Positions 52,661 through 64,000 of a stretch of DNA of 64,000 nt are shown in pieces; positions within the stretch are counted from its first letter, which is position 1; each line of letters starts with the position of its first letter. The notes beneath the pieces are model-generated. The model was given only the letters and a program-made list of their open reading frames with translations. It was not told the DNA's origin and ran no database searches. Origin of the DNA: Owenia fusiformis (lineage: Eukaryota). The position numbers and the translations under genes were made by a program. The stretch lies in assembly GCA_903813345.2 (NCBI GenBank), contig CAIIXF020000001.1, forward strand, positions 33,728,001 to 33,792,000, written 5' to 3'.

Positions 52661-55600
52661 GGGTGCACCCCAGTTGTCCGAAACCCAGTTGTCCGAAACC
52701 CAGTTGTCCGAAACCCAGTTGTCCGAAACCCAGTTGTCCGAAACCCAGTTGTCCGAAACCCAGTTGTCCGAAACCCAGTTTTCCGAAACCCAGTTCTCCG
52801 AAACCCAGTTGTCCGAAAAATTTAGTCATAATTTACCAGATAAAGGGGGACGCACCTTAAGCCAGTTTCATGTCATGTATTTGGCAAAATCAATGGCATG
52901 GACGCATTCTGATGTAGATCTCTCTCTCACTTTGAATTGCATCCATTACACGGCGTTACCAGAATGACAGGAACGGGGGATTTATTTTACATTGTGATTC
53001 TAAAAAAGGTCATCAAAACACAATATATATTACGGAACAGTTGATCTTATCTTATTCAATATATTTTATATAGGCAAAATAAAATGAAACATTTTGAAAC
53101 CGATAAAATAAGTTAACGCATAAAACTTTAAGAATAAACAGTACACATATTACGTTGTCAAAATGTTTCGTCGCATTTAATTTCTTAGTCTCTGTCTCTT
53201 ATCAAATCGTAAAATGTAAAAGAACAAAACATTCTAAATGTAATCACTTGGGATGAACTGGAAACGAAGACAGGCTGCCCTCGTATCAAATTGGATGTTC
53301 TCCCATTCGCAAGAAGTTTCATTTTCGCCATGTACTCACTTCATCTTTTTGAATTTAATCTCTATTTCTCGAACAGAGTACCTAAATGAAGAATAATTTT
53401 TGGTTTCAAAAGATGTACACGTCAACTTTACTCAATAAATGCCCACTGGCTTGGGAAAACTATTTCCCTTTTATGAACGCCCATCACACATTGGAAAAAT
53501 GTTGTTCCCTCTCAAAAAGCCCCATGGGGCATAAAGAAAATTGGTTTAAAAATTGTAGACCCCTATGTATGTTAATATGTAAACGCCACTTTGCAATGAA
53601 AATAGCATAATTTAGCTTTGTTTATTTGAAGATCTGTATCACCTGTATTTTCATCTTTCGACAGTTTTTATTAGGCTAAATACTAGCTTCACGATCACTT
53701 TTCATTTGATATTACATCCTAGCACTATGAATAACATTTATAAATTGCCCTGATGTAAATAAAATGAAAAAAGTATTATTTATCAACAGAAATTTAAAAT
53801 TCACCGGGCGGCTGCCATGGGAAATGTGACTGCAAAAGTATGAGATCGCAGAATTTCTACGGCGAGCGTGGAAAAGCTTTTGGCCGCAGAAATGATAGAC
53901 CGCACGGTGGCCGTTGGAAATGTGACTGGGGTGTAATTCCCACAAATCGGGGACACATATGCAATCCACGTTATTCTTCAGGAACAGAAAATGCAACCAA
54001 TGATAAAATAAAAAATTGCATTTTGAATCCGACTGAGTCCTATTGATCCTCATAAATTACCCCCTACTCATACCGTGCGCCTCAATGCTAATGGCGCTGT
54101 CACACTTGTCGTGTCCCGTCCCGTCTTTCAACGTACAAAGCATTCAGGCCAAAATTTAAGGAATAAGCTATAGTGAGCTGTTTCAGAACGCCGTCTGAAA
54201 CGCGTTCTGATTCTGAACCCACTGTATTCATTGGACGGTGGGAGGTCGTCCATGCTTACACTTTCCGTATCTGACCCTATTATCACACCAAACTAGTTCT
54301 CACTACGCTCTCGAGAACGGGCTTAAACTGTATGGACGGATTGGAAGTACTTAGAACCGTTTGGGGTCTACTTGCCTACCCGAAAGGGTAGTTCCAAAAT
54401 TTCCACGTGGTCATCACTTTCTGCAATCACGCGGTCTTCGACCGTTAATTGGAATTTTTGACCTACCAGATGCTTGAAAATCAAGGATTGCGAGTCTGAT
54501 ACTGCACCTTTTTTCTTCCATTATACCATTAAAAGCAAAACAAAATTGCACTTCTGTCAGTGCATTACTTTATTGTAAAGAGTCTCTCGTTCTAGCAGCG
54601 TTTTGGTCCGCACTCCCCAGCTGTTAGAAGGCCTTCTTACAGCTGGGGACCAAAATTACGCTGGAAGTAGGAACTCTGTTTAAGATAATAACGTACCATC
54701 AGAAAGAGATTTTTGTCATGCTTTGAATGGAACGAGTTTGAAGAAAAACGGTGCAGTATGAGACTCGTAATCCTTGATTTTCAAATATCCGGTACGTCAA
54801 AAATTCAAATTAACGGTCGAAGTTAGGACCGCGTGGCAATTATATCGAGTGACAATGTACTAACGACGAACAGGACGTGGGGCAAAGGTTGAACTGTCTC
54901 AGAATGTATTGGGAACGAGGTAGAAATAAAGAATTCATATGAACGAGTCATGCAAGATACTAAAGAGATACAAATGCATTTTGATACTCAATTTTTGGGC
55001 AATTAAAACTCCCTTTCTGCATTGAGTAGGCTTAGTTATTTATTGTCCGGTGTATAATTTTTAAACATTATCCTAATTTTTCACAAAACTTTTTTTGATT
55101 CTGCAATAGTTAATGGTTGACATCTATGGCACACTAAAAACGAATTTTTTTTATGCAGGGTACGTACATGATACAAATCAAATCTTGGCTCTACTACAAA
55201 CTATTACACACTTACTTCAACAGTTCAATATATCGCAAAACACAGTTTTGATTTTGAACAATATCACCAATGGGAGAAATTCTTAAATCTAAATGTTTGG
55301 AAAGGAATACGTTTCTACTAAAACATACAAACCTCTTATATTATGATGAAAAAAGGATAGACATCTGATATGTATAATGCCACATATATAAGTTATACGA
55401 AATGAGCATATTTTATTGATTTATCGAAAATTTGGACGAAATCTTAACAGTGGGTGGTACTGAACAACCAAAATCTTCTTTTTAGATATTTTTCAGGGTA
55501 GAAATATTATCAATTGATATTGGAAAACATAATTAACCATATTTTATTGAGAAAAGGGAATGAAAAAAATCATCAAATGAATATAATTGTCACGGACGTC

Positions 55601-56077
55601 CATACGTTATTCTAATGAGATAGATGTTCCTTTCGCCAGAATATTCTCTTCGACTGTGATAATTGTCTAAAATGTTGGCGGCAGTCTTGAATTTTCACCA
55701 AGAAGGAGTGCGATTCGTGCTGGACAATGCGGTTCAAAATTTGTAGAATGTCCAAATAAGTCTATGTGCCGAGAATCTAGTAAGAATATATATATGATCG
55801 TGAACTTTCGGACCCATTATTGACCGGGCTAACCGATGTCAACGTGATACCAATGTTATGCTGTCCTGATTCGCGAGGTTGCGACAAGATTCGTTACTAA
55901 GAAATTTAATTTTTTAATTTTCGGAGAACTGGGTTTCGGAGAACTGAGTTTTCGGAAAACTGGGTTTCGGACAACTGGGTTTCGGAGAACTGGGTTTCGG
56001 AAAACTGGGTTTCGGACAACTGGGTTTCGGAGAACTGGGTTTCGGACAACTGGGTTTCGGACAACTGGGTTGACCCC
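52661..56077. mobile_element. Foldback/Mutator-like element with modular TIRs and a 9-bp TSD
   Basis: TSD GACTTGAGC at 52652-52660 and 56078-56086; GG termini. Each TIR holds about ten copies of the 15-mer CCCAGTTGTCCGAAA. Confidence 0.9.
54428..54836. repeat. Imperfect palindrome of about 410 bp (MITE-like)
   Basis: CACGCGGTC...CGACCGTTAATT...GAAAATCAAGGATT mirrored by AATCCTTGATTTTC...AATTAACGGTCG...GACCGCGTG; centre CCCCAGCTGTTAGAAGGCCTTCTTACAGCTGGGG. Confidence 0.8.
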
Positions 56078-57234
56078 GACTTGAGCACAGTGAATAACTC
56101 AAATTTTGGATGGATTTGGTTCAAATTTTATATGCTGTTGCCTGGGTACAAAGGAGCCTTGCCCAAGAAGACATTTTCAAGATGGCCACCATATTACAAA
56201 ATGGCGGCCATTTTTTGTATAAAAACATTATTTGTGATAACTCAAATCAAAAAAATACTGGTAGACGGATTTTATTCAAACTTTATTAGCTTATGCCTTA
56301 TGGGTGTAGGATCTCTGCTCGAGAAAGACATTTTCAAGATGGCCACCATATTTCAAAATGGTGGCCATCTTTGATAACTCAAATACCATTTAATGGATAT
56401 TTGGTTCAGATTTTACATTTTGCCTAGAGACATAAGAACTCTGCTTGAGAAGGGATTTTCAAGATGGCAGCTAAATTTCAAAATGGCTGCGATTTTTCAT
56501 GAAAGAATGTAACCTTTGATAACTCAAATACCCGTTGACGTATTTGGTTCAAATTCTATATGCTGATGCCTAGAGACATAGAAGTTCTGCTCAAGAAGAC
56601 ATTTTCAAGATGGACACTGCATTTCAAAATGGCCGCCATTTTTCGTAAAAAAACGTAATCATTGATAACTCAAATACCAGTGGATGGATTTGGTTCCAAT
56701 TTTATATGCTGATGTTTAGGGAAAAGGAGATCTGCTTCAGAAGAAATGTCAAAGGTGTCGGCTGAATTTCAAAATGGCTGCTATTTTTCATAAAAATTGT
56801 AATCTTTGATAGCTCAAATATCATTGGACGGATTTACTTTAAATTTTATATACTGATGCCTAGGGATAAAGAAGCTCTGCTTGAGAAGAAATTTTCATGG
56901 TGGCTGCTATTTATCGAAATCTCCACCATTTTTCATTAAACATGTAATCCTTGATAACTCAAGTACCAGTTTACAGATTTGGATTAAATTGTATATGCTG
57001 ATGCCTTGGGACATAGGAGCTCTGGTTAAGGAGAAATCTAAAGATGACAGCTGAATTTCAAAATGGCAACCATGTTTCATGAAAACATAATCTTTGATAA
57101 TTCAAATACCAGTAGATGGATTTGGCTCAAATTTTTTATGGCCGCTATTTATCAAAACATGTTTTGTTCATTGGGGTTTGCTAGTCTGTGAAATTGCTGT
57201 TTTTCTAGTAATTCTGTGTTAAAATAAATTTTAG

Positions 57235-57369
<135 letters not shown>

Positions 57370-57449
57370 TAATGATTAACACGTTTTGCAATACAAGTGC
57401 ACAAGGCTTTTTCATGACAATTTACACAGTTGCAGTTTACACTTGCTGC

Positions 57450-57870
57450 TCAACTCAACCCCACGTCAACTCACCCTTAGTCAACTTGACCCCAAGTCAA
57501 GTCTACCCTTAGTCAAATTCACCCCAAGTCATCTCAACCCTTAGTCAACTCAACCCCAAGTCATCTCAACCCTTGGTCAACTCAACCCCAAGTCATCTCA
57601 ACCCTTGGTCAACTCAACCCTTAGTCAACTCGACCCCAAGTCAAGTCAACCCTTAGTCGAATTGACCCCAAGTCATCTCAATCCTTAGTCAACTCGACCC
57701 AAAGTCATCTCAACCCTTGGTCAACTCAATCCCAAGTCATCTCAACCCTTGGTCAACTCAACTCTTAGTCAATTCAACCCAAAGTCAAGTCAATCCTTAG
57801 TCATCTCAACCCTTAGTCAACTCGACCCAAAGTCATCTCAACCCTTGGTCAACTCAACCTTTAGTCAACA
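57450..57870. repeat. Minisatellite, 16-17-bp unit
   Basis: Repeats of AGTCA(A/T)CTCAACCC(TT/CA). Confidence 0.9.
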
Positions 57871-58326
57871 TCATCAAACTACATCACATTTGTTTGTTTT
57901 CCTCACTTTCCAGACATTGTAAGTACTTGCATTCTAATACTCATAGCATCTCTCTGTTTCACATGAAACATGCTCTGAGATTATGAGGCATGTTCTGTGA
58001 TCTGAGCACATCAGATGGGAAGAGTTATAATTGTCAATTTCGTTCGGTTTTTTGTGTAGCAAGAAGGAAAAAATATTCTACCATGAAAAATCATCTAAAT
58101 TAGAAAAAGACATAGGAATTAGCCTTAACTACACTATTTGTGAAGCAGCATTGTATGTATAAGATATTGAAATAACGATTGAGTAACAATAATTGGATAA
58201 AATACAGTGCAAGTCTCAAAATTCGATAAAATAATGGCGAGAGACCAAGTGGACGAGTCCAGCGAGTTCCCACCGAGTAATTACAGTAGCATATAATTGA
58301 ATCAGTATTAATAAAGGGTTTCTGTA

Positions 58327-59195
58327 CTTAACGTTCCTAGCAGGGTTAGGAATTTTTTTTATTTATAACGTTGGATCTGGACGATACATGTGCGTTATTT
58401 TCGACGTCAAGTTTTGAGGTTATTTCACATCATAAGAACGTTATGACAACGTTAACTTTTAACGTTAAAATAACGTCGGAAATGATCGATTTAGTGAGAA
58501 TGAGAACATATTGACATCTTTGTAACGTTTCCTTAACTCACAAATATTTTGAAGCCATTTCCACAATGTTAAAATTCAACCATCCATCGACGTTTTGCTG
58601 AATATTTTAATAACGTCAGATCAATACAGTCCATGAACGTCATTATCGTCGTCACGTTTTGAGGTTATTTCAAATCGAAAAAACAATTCGACAACGTTAA
58701 ATTTTAACGTTAACAATACGTCAGAAATGAACCGACTTATCTTATCGTCTTTGTCATGTTTTTTTCCACCAACAAATATTTTAATATTAAAAGCCTGTTT
58801 TGACAACGTTGAATTTTAACTTTTGAGTTACGTCACATATGGACCAACTTAGTAAAAAATCAAACGTTCCTGCTTGTTATGTTTTCCACACTAACAAACT
58901 TTACGGACACGTTACAATAAGGTTCTTTTTATACCATCAATAGATGTCTCATGTTTACGTTGCCTCGATGTGTAAAGAAAGAAGATGTGCAATGTCTTCT
59001 AGGAACTTATATGCTACTTGACATGGACGTCACTGTTTGCTGGATCGATTATTTTAAAAAGTGCTCTGTCTCGTATAGGGTAAAGTATCGAACAGCAGTG
59101 CACTCGGTAGGCTAAGTCTGTCAAGTCAATTGGCTACTATATATCAGGGGAAATGTGGAGTTTTGAAAGTTGGTAAACCTGCTAGGAACGTTAGG
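58327..59195. mobile_element. TA-flanked MITE with an internal tandem dimer
   Basis: TA|CTTAACGTTCCTAGCAGG...CCTGCTAGGAACGTTAGG|TA. It lies inside a remnant of the GGGTTT...CAAACCC family (about 58317-59242). Confidence 0.7.
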
Positions 59196-59265
59196 TACCC
59201 TGTCTACCGGGTACCCAGTCACCCGGTTTTTTACACAAACCCATTAATATAGAATTAGGCCGTTG

Positions 59266-61019
59266 GGCTTTGTATAAAAAACCTCCTACCTCATACCCAC
59301 CTACCCACCTATGTGGAACATGATACAGTCATTGAAGGGTTCAATTTTAAAGATTATGAAATCTCAAAATAGCCCAAATTATTAACATTTCTACAATTCC
59401 GGCTTTATTTTATGACTTGACAGATCCATAAATAAAGGTATATGGATGTATTTTAATGTGTAATGACCCGAGGGTGCCCCAGGGGAATAAATAACTAACG
59501 ACCACAAGCATAGGTCCAACAAGCCAGATTAAGAAATTGAAAGAAAGTGTGCTAAATTCGATGCCCCGAGTGGGAATGGAACCCAGCTGGGATGTAGTAG
59601 CAACTTGCTGTCAAGGGTCGTTACAAATGCATCTATAATTCATCATAAACTAAGATTTAATAAACTAAGATCTTTAAAGGGATCCAACACCTTACAAAAC
59701 TTCTTAACGGAGAGGAATAAGGGAAAATGCTTGCCGGATTCTGAATCTGTGTATTTTTTAATGATTTTTCACCGTCTTAGAATTTCAATTTTTTTCTTTT
59801 GAAAAAATGAGATTTGCATTGTTTTCCAATTAGACAAATGAGTAAACATGAATAGCTCGAAATCTAACGGTGAGATTTTGTTTTAAAAAATCATGGATAT
59901 CAAGGCTAAATATAGCTATACAATAAACATAAAAAAGCAATGCTTGGACTCTTCATATTCACACAAAAAATTAATTAGTAAATGAGGTTTGATATTTGTG
60001 AGAATAAGTTGTACGAGTCGCAATGCTCTACAAACACCAGACTACAGGGTGGATTAGGATCAATGACACACATAAAAATTAATTTAAAAATATTTCATGA
60101 TAATTATCTCAAACAAGAGCAGTTAGCGAAGGATACATTTCATTACACTCAATAAATAGTTATCACTTTTGACTATATATACATATCTCATGGGAATGTA
60201 TTTCCATCTGCTCAAGATATCATATTTTAGCTTCGAAAATCACAATCCTTGGATAATACATTTGTCTCAGAATAATAGGCCACCCTGTAGCAATGTAGCT
60301 TTCACTTGAAGTGTACCCTTGAGAATAATGAACTTACTTTCAAATTTGTCTTGCTTTTGTGGTGTATGTGGCTTTTTAGCAATCTGCCACGCTCATTTCT
60401 TTCCAGAACCATCTTGTTCACATGTAACACTAGGCTATACGCGCATGTATAGACAGATGACATAGATATACATATAAATTATATACTGCACCTGTATTTA
60501 CTTACATGGGAATATTCCCTTTGGAAAAATGCAAATGCATGAACATATATTTTCATCTTATATATGACTTCAAGCGAACATATTATTTCATATTTATATT
60601 TTCATAGTTAGTCTAACATAAATAATAGATCCATGAGAACAATATTCTTTGTTTTCTTAAAAATTGATGGGTTTACTGTGAATTCAATAAATTACAATTT
60701 GCAAGGGGTAAGTATACTGTATGACCTTAGTTGCAAAGTACTGTTTATATATGCAGCTCAATAGCATAAAATATGTTGAATGAAGCATATGGTATGGATT
60801 AGTCGTGTGACACACAAACTGACCAATACATGAGGGTATTAGCTACTTTTCACATAAACCAAAGGAGGACAGTGCTTTTATTTCAACTGGGAGCTTACCT
60901 CCACACGACTGATCATGTGACCATGGTGTTGGGTCCCTTTAAAATTGAACCCTTCAAAGACTGTATCATGTCCCACTTACGTGGGTAGGTATGAGGTAGG
61001 AGGTTTTTTATACAAAGCC
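59266..61019. mobile_element. Non-autonomous TIR element, about 1.75 kb
   Basis: TIR of about 85 bp: GGCTTTGTATAAAAAACCTCCTACCTCATACC...GAAGGGTTCAATTTTAAAG. TSD ambiguous (possibly GTT). Confidence 0.8.
59459..59625. mobile_element. 167-bp TG...CA element with 4-bp TSD (mini solo LTR or Ginger-like MITE)
   Basis: AATG|TGTAATGACCC...GGGTCGTTACA|AATG. Confidence 0.7.
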
Positions 61020-61403
61020 GTTTAAATAGAGAAAACTAAATAACTTAACAAAATCCTGATGCAAAGACAAACTGGCTTTCCAGTGTATGTACTTTTGTAG
61101 AATCAATATTAGAAAAATGAACTTTTTTAAGAATACTGGGTCAAATATGGGGCAGTCTTGTCACATTCCCCTGTGTTTTGTATCACAATTTCTTCTAAGA
61201 TCAAATTACTTTTATTGGACTATGAATGGCTTAGATAGTTGTCAGTTGTCAATTCTTTTTTGTATGATGGATTCTCAAGAAACAGCAGTTTGTCTTATTT
61301 TCTCGAGGCAAATCTTTGCTCATTAATATTCATCCCCTTGTTTATATCATGTTTATATTGAATCACTCTTAAATACATTGTCCATTTTTTATTATATTTT
61401 TAG

Positions 61404-61586
61404 GTATTGCAAAATATGGTTCACTGCTCAGATTTGAGTAACCCAACAAAACCACTGGACATATACTGTGAGTGGACGAGACGAATAATGGAAGAATTCT
61501 TCAAACAGGGAGATATTGAACGAGAACGAGGGCTGGAGATCAGTCCAATGTGTGACCGGCATAATTCTACAATTGAGAGGACACAG
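61404..61586 (+). CDS. PDE4: PDE4 exon G (183 nt)
   Basis: tttttag|GTA...CAG|gtcagt. Encodes [18 protein letters not shown]...[23 protein letters not shown]...IERTQ, ending at the invariant substrate-binding Gln. Confidence 0.97.
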
Positions 61587-61603
61587 GTCAGTAGACAGTG
61601 TAG

Positions 61604-62240
61604 TTATCCCACCGAACGAAGTTCGAGGGGGATATAGGCAGGGCTGTCAACTTGGGACCACCTAATATGAGTGACTTACAAATGTTGGACACCTAAGTCC
61701 AAATCTGAACACTTTTGTCCAAATTTTGAACACCTTTGGCCAACTTTTAAACACCTTTGGCCAAAGTTTGAGCACCTTTGCCAAACTTTGATCACCTCAA
61801 ATTTTTCGCGATTGCTACGCTCGCGATATCTTCAATGGGGGGGAAGGTACGAAAATTTCCAATTAACATGCGTGACATATACGGGATTCGCGTGACTAAT
61901 CCGAACAAATTGCTTTCGGTTTTTTTCCGACGTTCGTATTTTTACCGTATCGTAAACATATTTTGACAATTTTTCTACAGAAATATTTTTGCTTGACAAT
62001 TACCAGGTAAAATGGGTATTTGCGTGACATTTTCTGTAGGAAAGCCGTCTGTCCATCCGTTCGTCCATCTGTTTGTTCGGGCGATAACTCAAAACTGGTC
62101 GACGGATTTAATTCAAATTTTATAGGCTTATGCCTTATTGCGATAGAACCTCTGATCAAGAAGGAATTTTCAATATGGCCGCTTAATTTAAATTGGCTAC
62201 CATTTTTCGTAAAAAAGAAGTTTGATAACTCACATACTAC
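61604..62240 (+). mobile_element. HINE family A 5' part, interrupted at 61639-62036 by a CAG...CTG hAT-like MITE
   Basis: TTATCCCACCGAACGAAGTTCGAGGGGGATATAGG|CAGGGCTGTCAA...TGACATTTTCTG|TAGGAAAGCCGTC, with TAGG duplicated. Confidence 0.75.
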
Positions 62241-64000
62241 AGTCTGTTAACTGTTAAAAATAATAACAACATAACTTCGACATATGAGTGTTACCTGATG
62301 AATGGGACCCTCACGTGCCTTCCAAATGGTAGTACACGAACTCTAGTGTAACTACATCAGCTTATCTTTCCGTCCGATCAACAATAAGTACAGTTATACA
62401 AGAAATGTAAACGAAGTGAAAATATTCCCAAAGATTTTCCGAAAGGCATGGCATTCCGGAAGTTATGATACGTTATGGTGTCACTACGGTAAATCATTGA
62501 AAAATATTGAAAAAAATTACAAAATTCAAGTTCTGGTGTGAGGTTCCATATCCATCCGCTAAAAGGTATGACACTATAAAGTCCATTTACAAATTTGTGG
62601 TTTTGTTCTAAATAACGCCATAGTTGGCTTCTAGGGTACCTAGTATGCCACTATTTCATCGTATCAAAATAAAGAGGAGGAGTCCAACTTTCATTTGAAT
62701 TACGCCCAATTGAAAAAAGCCTATGGAAAATCATCTCCAATTATCACCTAACTTACTATTGATAATTAGTTGAAAGTTAGGTGTAAAAATTCACATGCAA
62801 ATGAGCTAATTATCAACTTAATTAACGCTTAATTTGCAACTTAATTAACGATTAACTACCATCAATATGCAAATGAGCTATTTACGTAAATTAGTTGAAA
62901 GTTAGTTGTAAGTTTGATGTAAGTTAATCTCTAATTATCACCTAACTTACTATTGATAATTAGTTGAAAGTTAGGTTTAAGTCAGATTTGTGACATCTCA
63001 AAAATGACTCGCTTCTTTTTTGCTTCCCTTCACTCAGAGATTTTTGCTTCATCTTGAACTATTTTGTGACGAAATATTCATCTTAATTAGGATCTTTCAG
63101 GTCAGACAACATTGAACTTGAACTATTGAAATTTCACAGCAAGAGGAGGGAAAACCTCATGATTCAATTGATGACATACGATTTGCTCCTTCGCACACCT
63201 TTTGTCGAAAACGTACCCTCCATCTTGGTTTTTAAAATTTTCAAGTTGACCTAGTTTTAAACCAATCAACGATCGACTCGCTAAACCAATCAGCGACGAT
63301 GTCATCTCAATACAGATTTACATTATAAGCGTATGTCATCTTTGAACCCTGGGGTTTCTCCCCCTCTTTTTTAAAGCTATTCTATTTTGCAAATTTTTAA
63401 GATTCATGAAAAACATGTGAAAACATCATTATTGCCATCAACAACTAAAATCAGAACACAAACATTAGACTATAATGTTACATAATAAGGACGTAACAGA
63501 TATAATCAAAAATATGCTTTGAAATGTCTGATCTAACAATCACTATTTAGAAGAGCACATTTGGATTACTTGTGAAATATAGGTAACCCATGTTAGTACC
63601 TAAATTGCATTCTACAGTTCTAGGATTATAATATTATATGATCTGATTCAAAAAGATTTTTAAATTCATAAACATTTCAGACAGAAGTGTGAATAAGATT
63701 TTACATACATTGTATTCATGTTCTACATACCCTTATAATAATGTTGACCAAATTTCATGGTAGTACACGCACCATTCACGTTGTAATTCTCAATTTTATG
63801 AGAGAAATATCTCTCACATGTTTTCTTTTTCCACCATCTTGAAATTAAATTTAGGGGGTTTGTATTTCTAAATCATGGGCCTAATTTACAACTAATTATC
63901 ATTATAATCATCCTATATGTTAACTATCAACCAATAATCTACTTCAGAACAAAAACGTTTTAATTTACCACTTACTATCACCCTCAAACATTTCATATCT

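Larger units (their letters stand above)
16250..56092. mobile_element. Transib/RAG-like non-autonomous TIR element, 39,843 bp including nested insertions
   Basis: Left end CACGGTGACCAAGTGTTAACAGTGGAGATTGTTCTGGACGTGTTCTTTCAAACAATTTAGATGTGTTTT. Right end (reverse complement, after removing the 52661-56077 insert) CACTGTGCTCAAGTCTTAACAATGGAAATTACTCGGGACGTGTTTTTTCAAACGATTTAGATGTGTTTT. Perfect 5-bp TSD AATAA at 16245-16249 and 56093-56097. Confidence 0.85.
16142..57208 (+). mobile_element. HINE family A split into 16142-16249 and 56098-57208
   Basis: Removing 16250-56097 restores GTGTCTGGGCAATAA|CTCAAAT, as in other copies (42335 CGGGCAATAACTCAAAT). The right part has tandem units of about 125 bp and the 3' hairpin/CTAG end. 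Confidence 0.85.

Noticed and set aside
53712..54053. Possible transposase remnant inside the foldback element
   Set aside because: No MULE DDE or zinc-finger motif that I can identify with confidence.
13243..56092. Pairing CACTGTGC at 13243 with GCACAGTG at 56085-56092 as one element
   Set aside because: Only 8 bp match and there is no TSD. The end at 16250 gives about 70 bp of TIR, a perfect TSD and restores the host HINE.
52422..56124. ORFs with (PSCPK)n, (SETQL)n and (FGQLG)n repeats
   Set aside because: They are translations of the 15-bp TIR arrays, open in several frames on both strands.
62285..62355. Possible hammerhead ribozyme (GTTAC-CTGATGA...GAAC...GTAAC)
   Set aside because: The core GAAA is GAAC, and there is no convincing stem II, stem III or cleavage triplet.
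62735..62985. Two ATGCAAAT octamer motifs as a PDE4 regulatory element
   Set aside because: They lie within a local direct/inverted repeat that is probably TE-derived, and nothing supports function.

Overview
AT-rich animal genomic DNA, probably from a protostome such as a mollusc (inferred from the dunce-type [19 protein letters not shown] motif and the repeat landscape). The only host gene is a + strand cAMP-specific phosphodiesterase 4 (PDE4/dunce). Seven GT-AG exons of its catalytic region are present (10012-10211, 10982-11080, 11351-11512, 11666-11765, 12817-12971, 57235-57357, 61404-61586); upstream exons and the last exon lie outside the window. Almost everything else is transposon-derived and can be read from TIRs and target-site duplications. 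The 44,263-nt intron (12972-57234) is a nested stack. A Helentron-associated element (HINE) is split by a 39.8-kb Transib/RAG-like unit (CACGGTG...CACAGTG ends, AATAA TSD), which holds two branches of nested insertions reaching about seven levels. These include two copies of a 7.5/9.4-kb TA-flanked element, a foldback Mutator-like element and decayed tyrosine-recombinase retrotransposon sequence. Upstream of the first exon are a LINE fragment with an open frame and a decayed Academ-like transposon whose two TIR arms each carry a HINE at the mirror-image site. Most short ORFs in the supplied track are repeat artefacts. Superfamily names are inferred from terminal, TSD and motif signatures, not from database searches.
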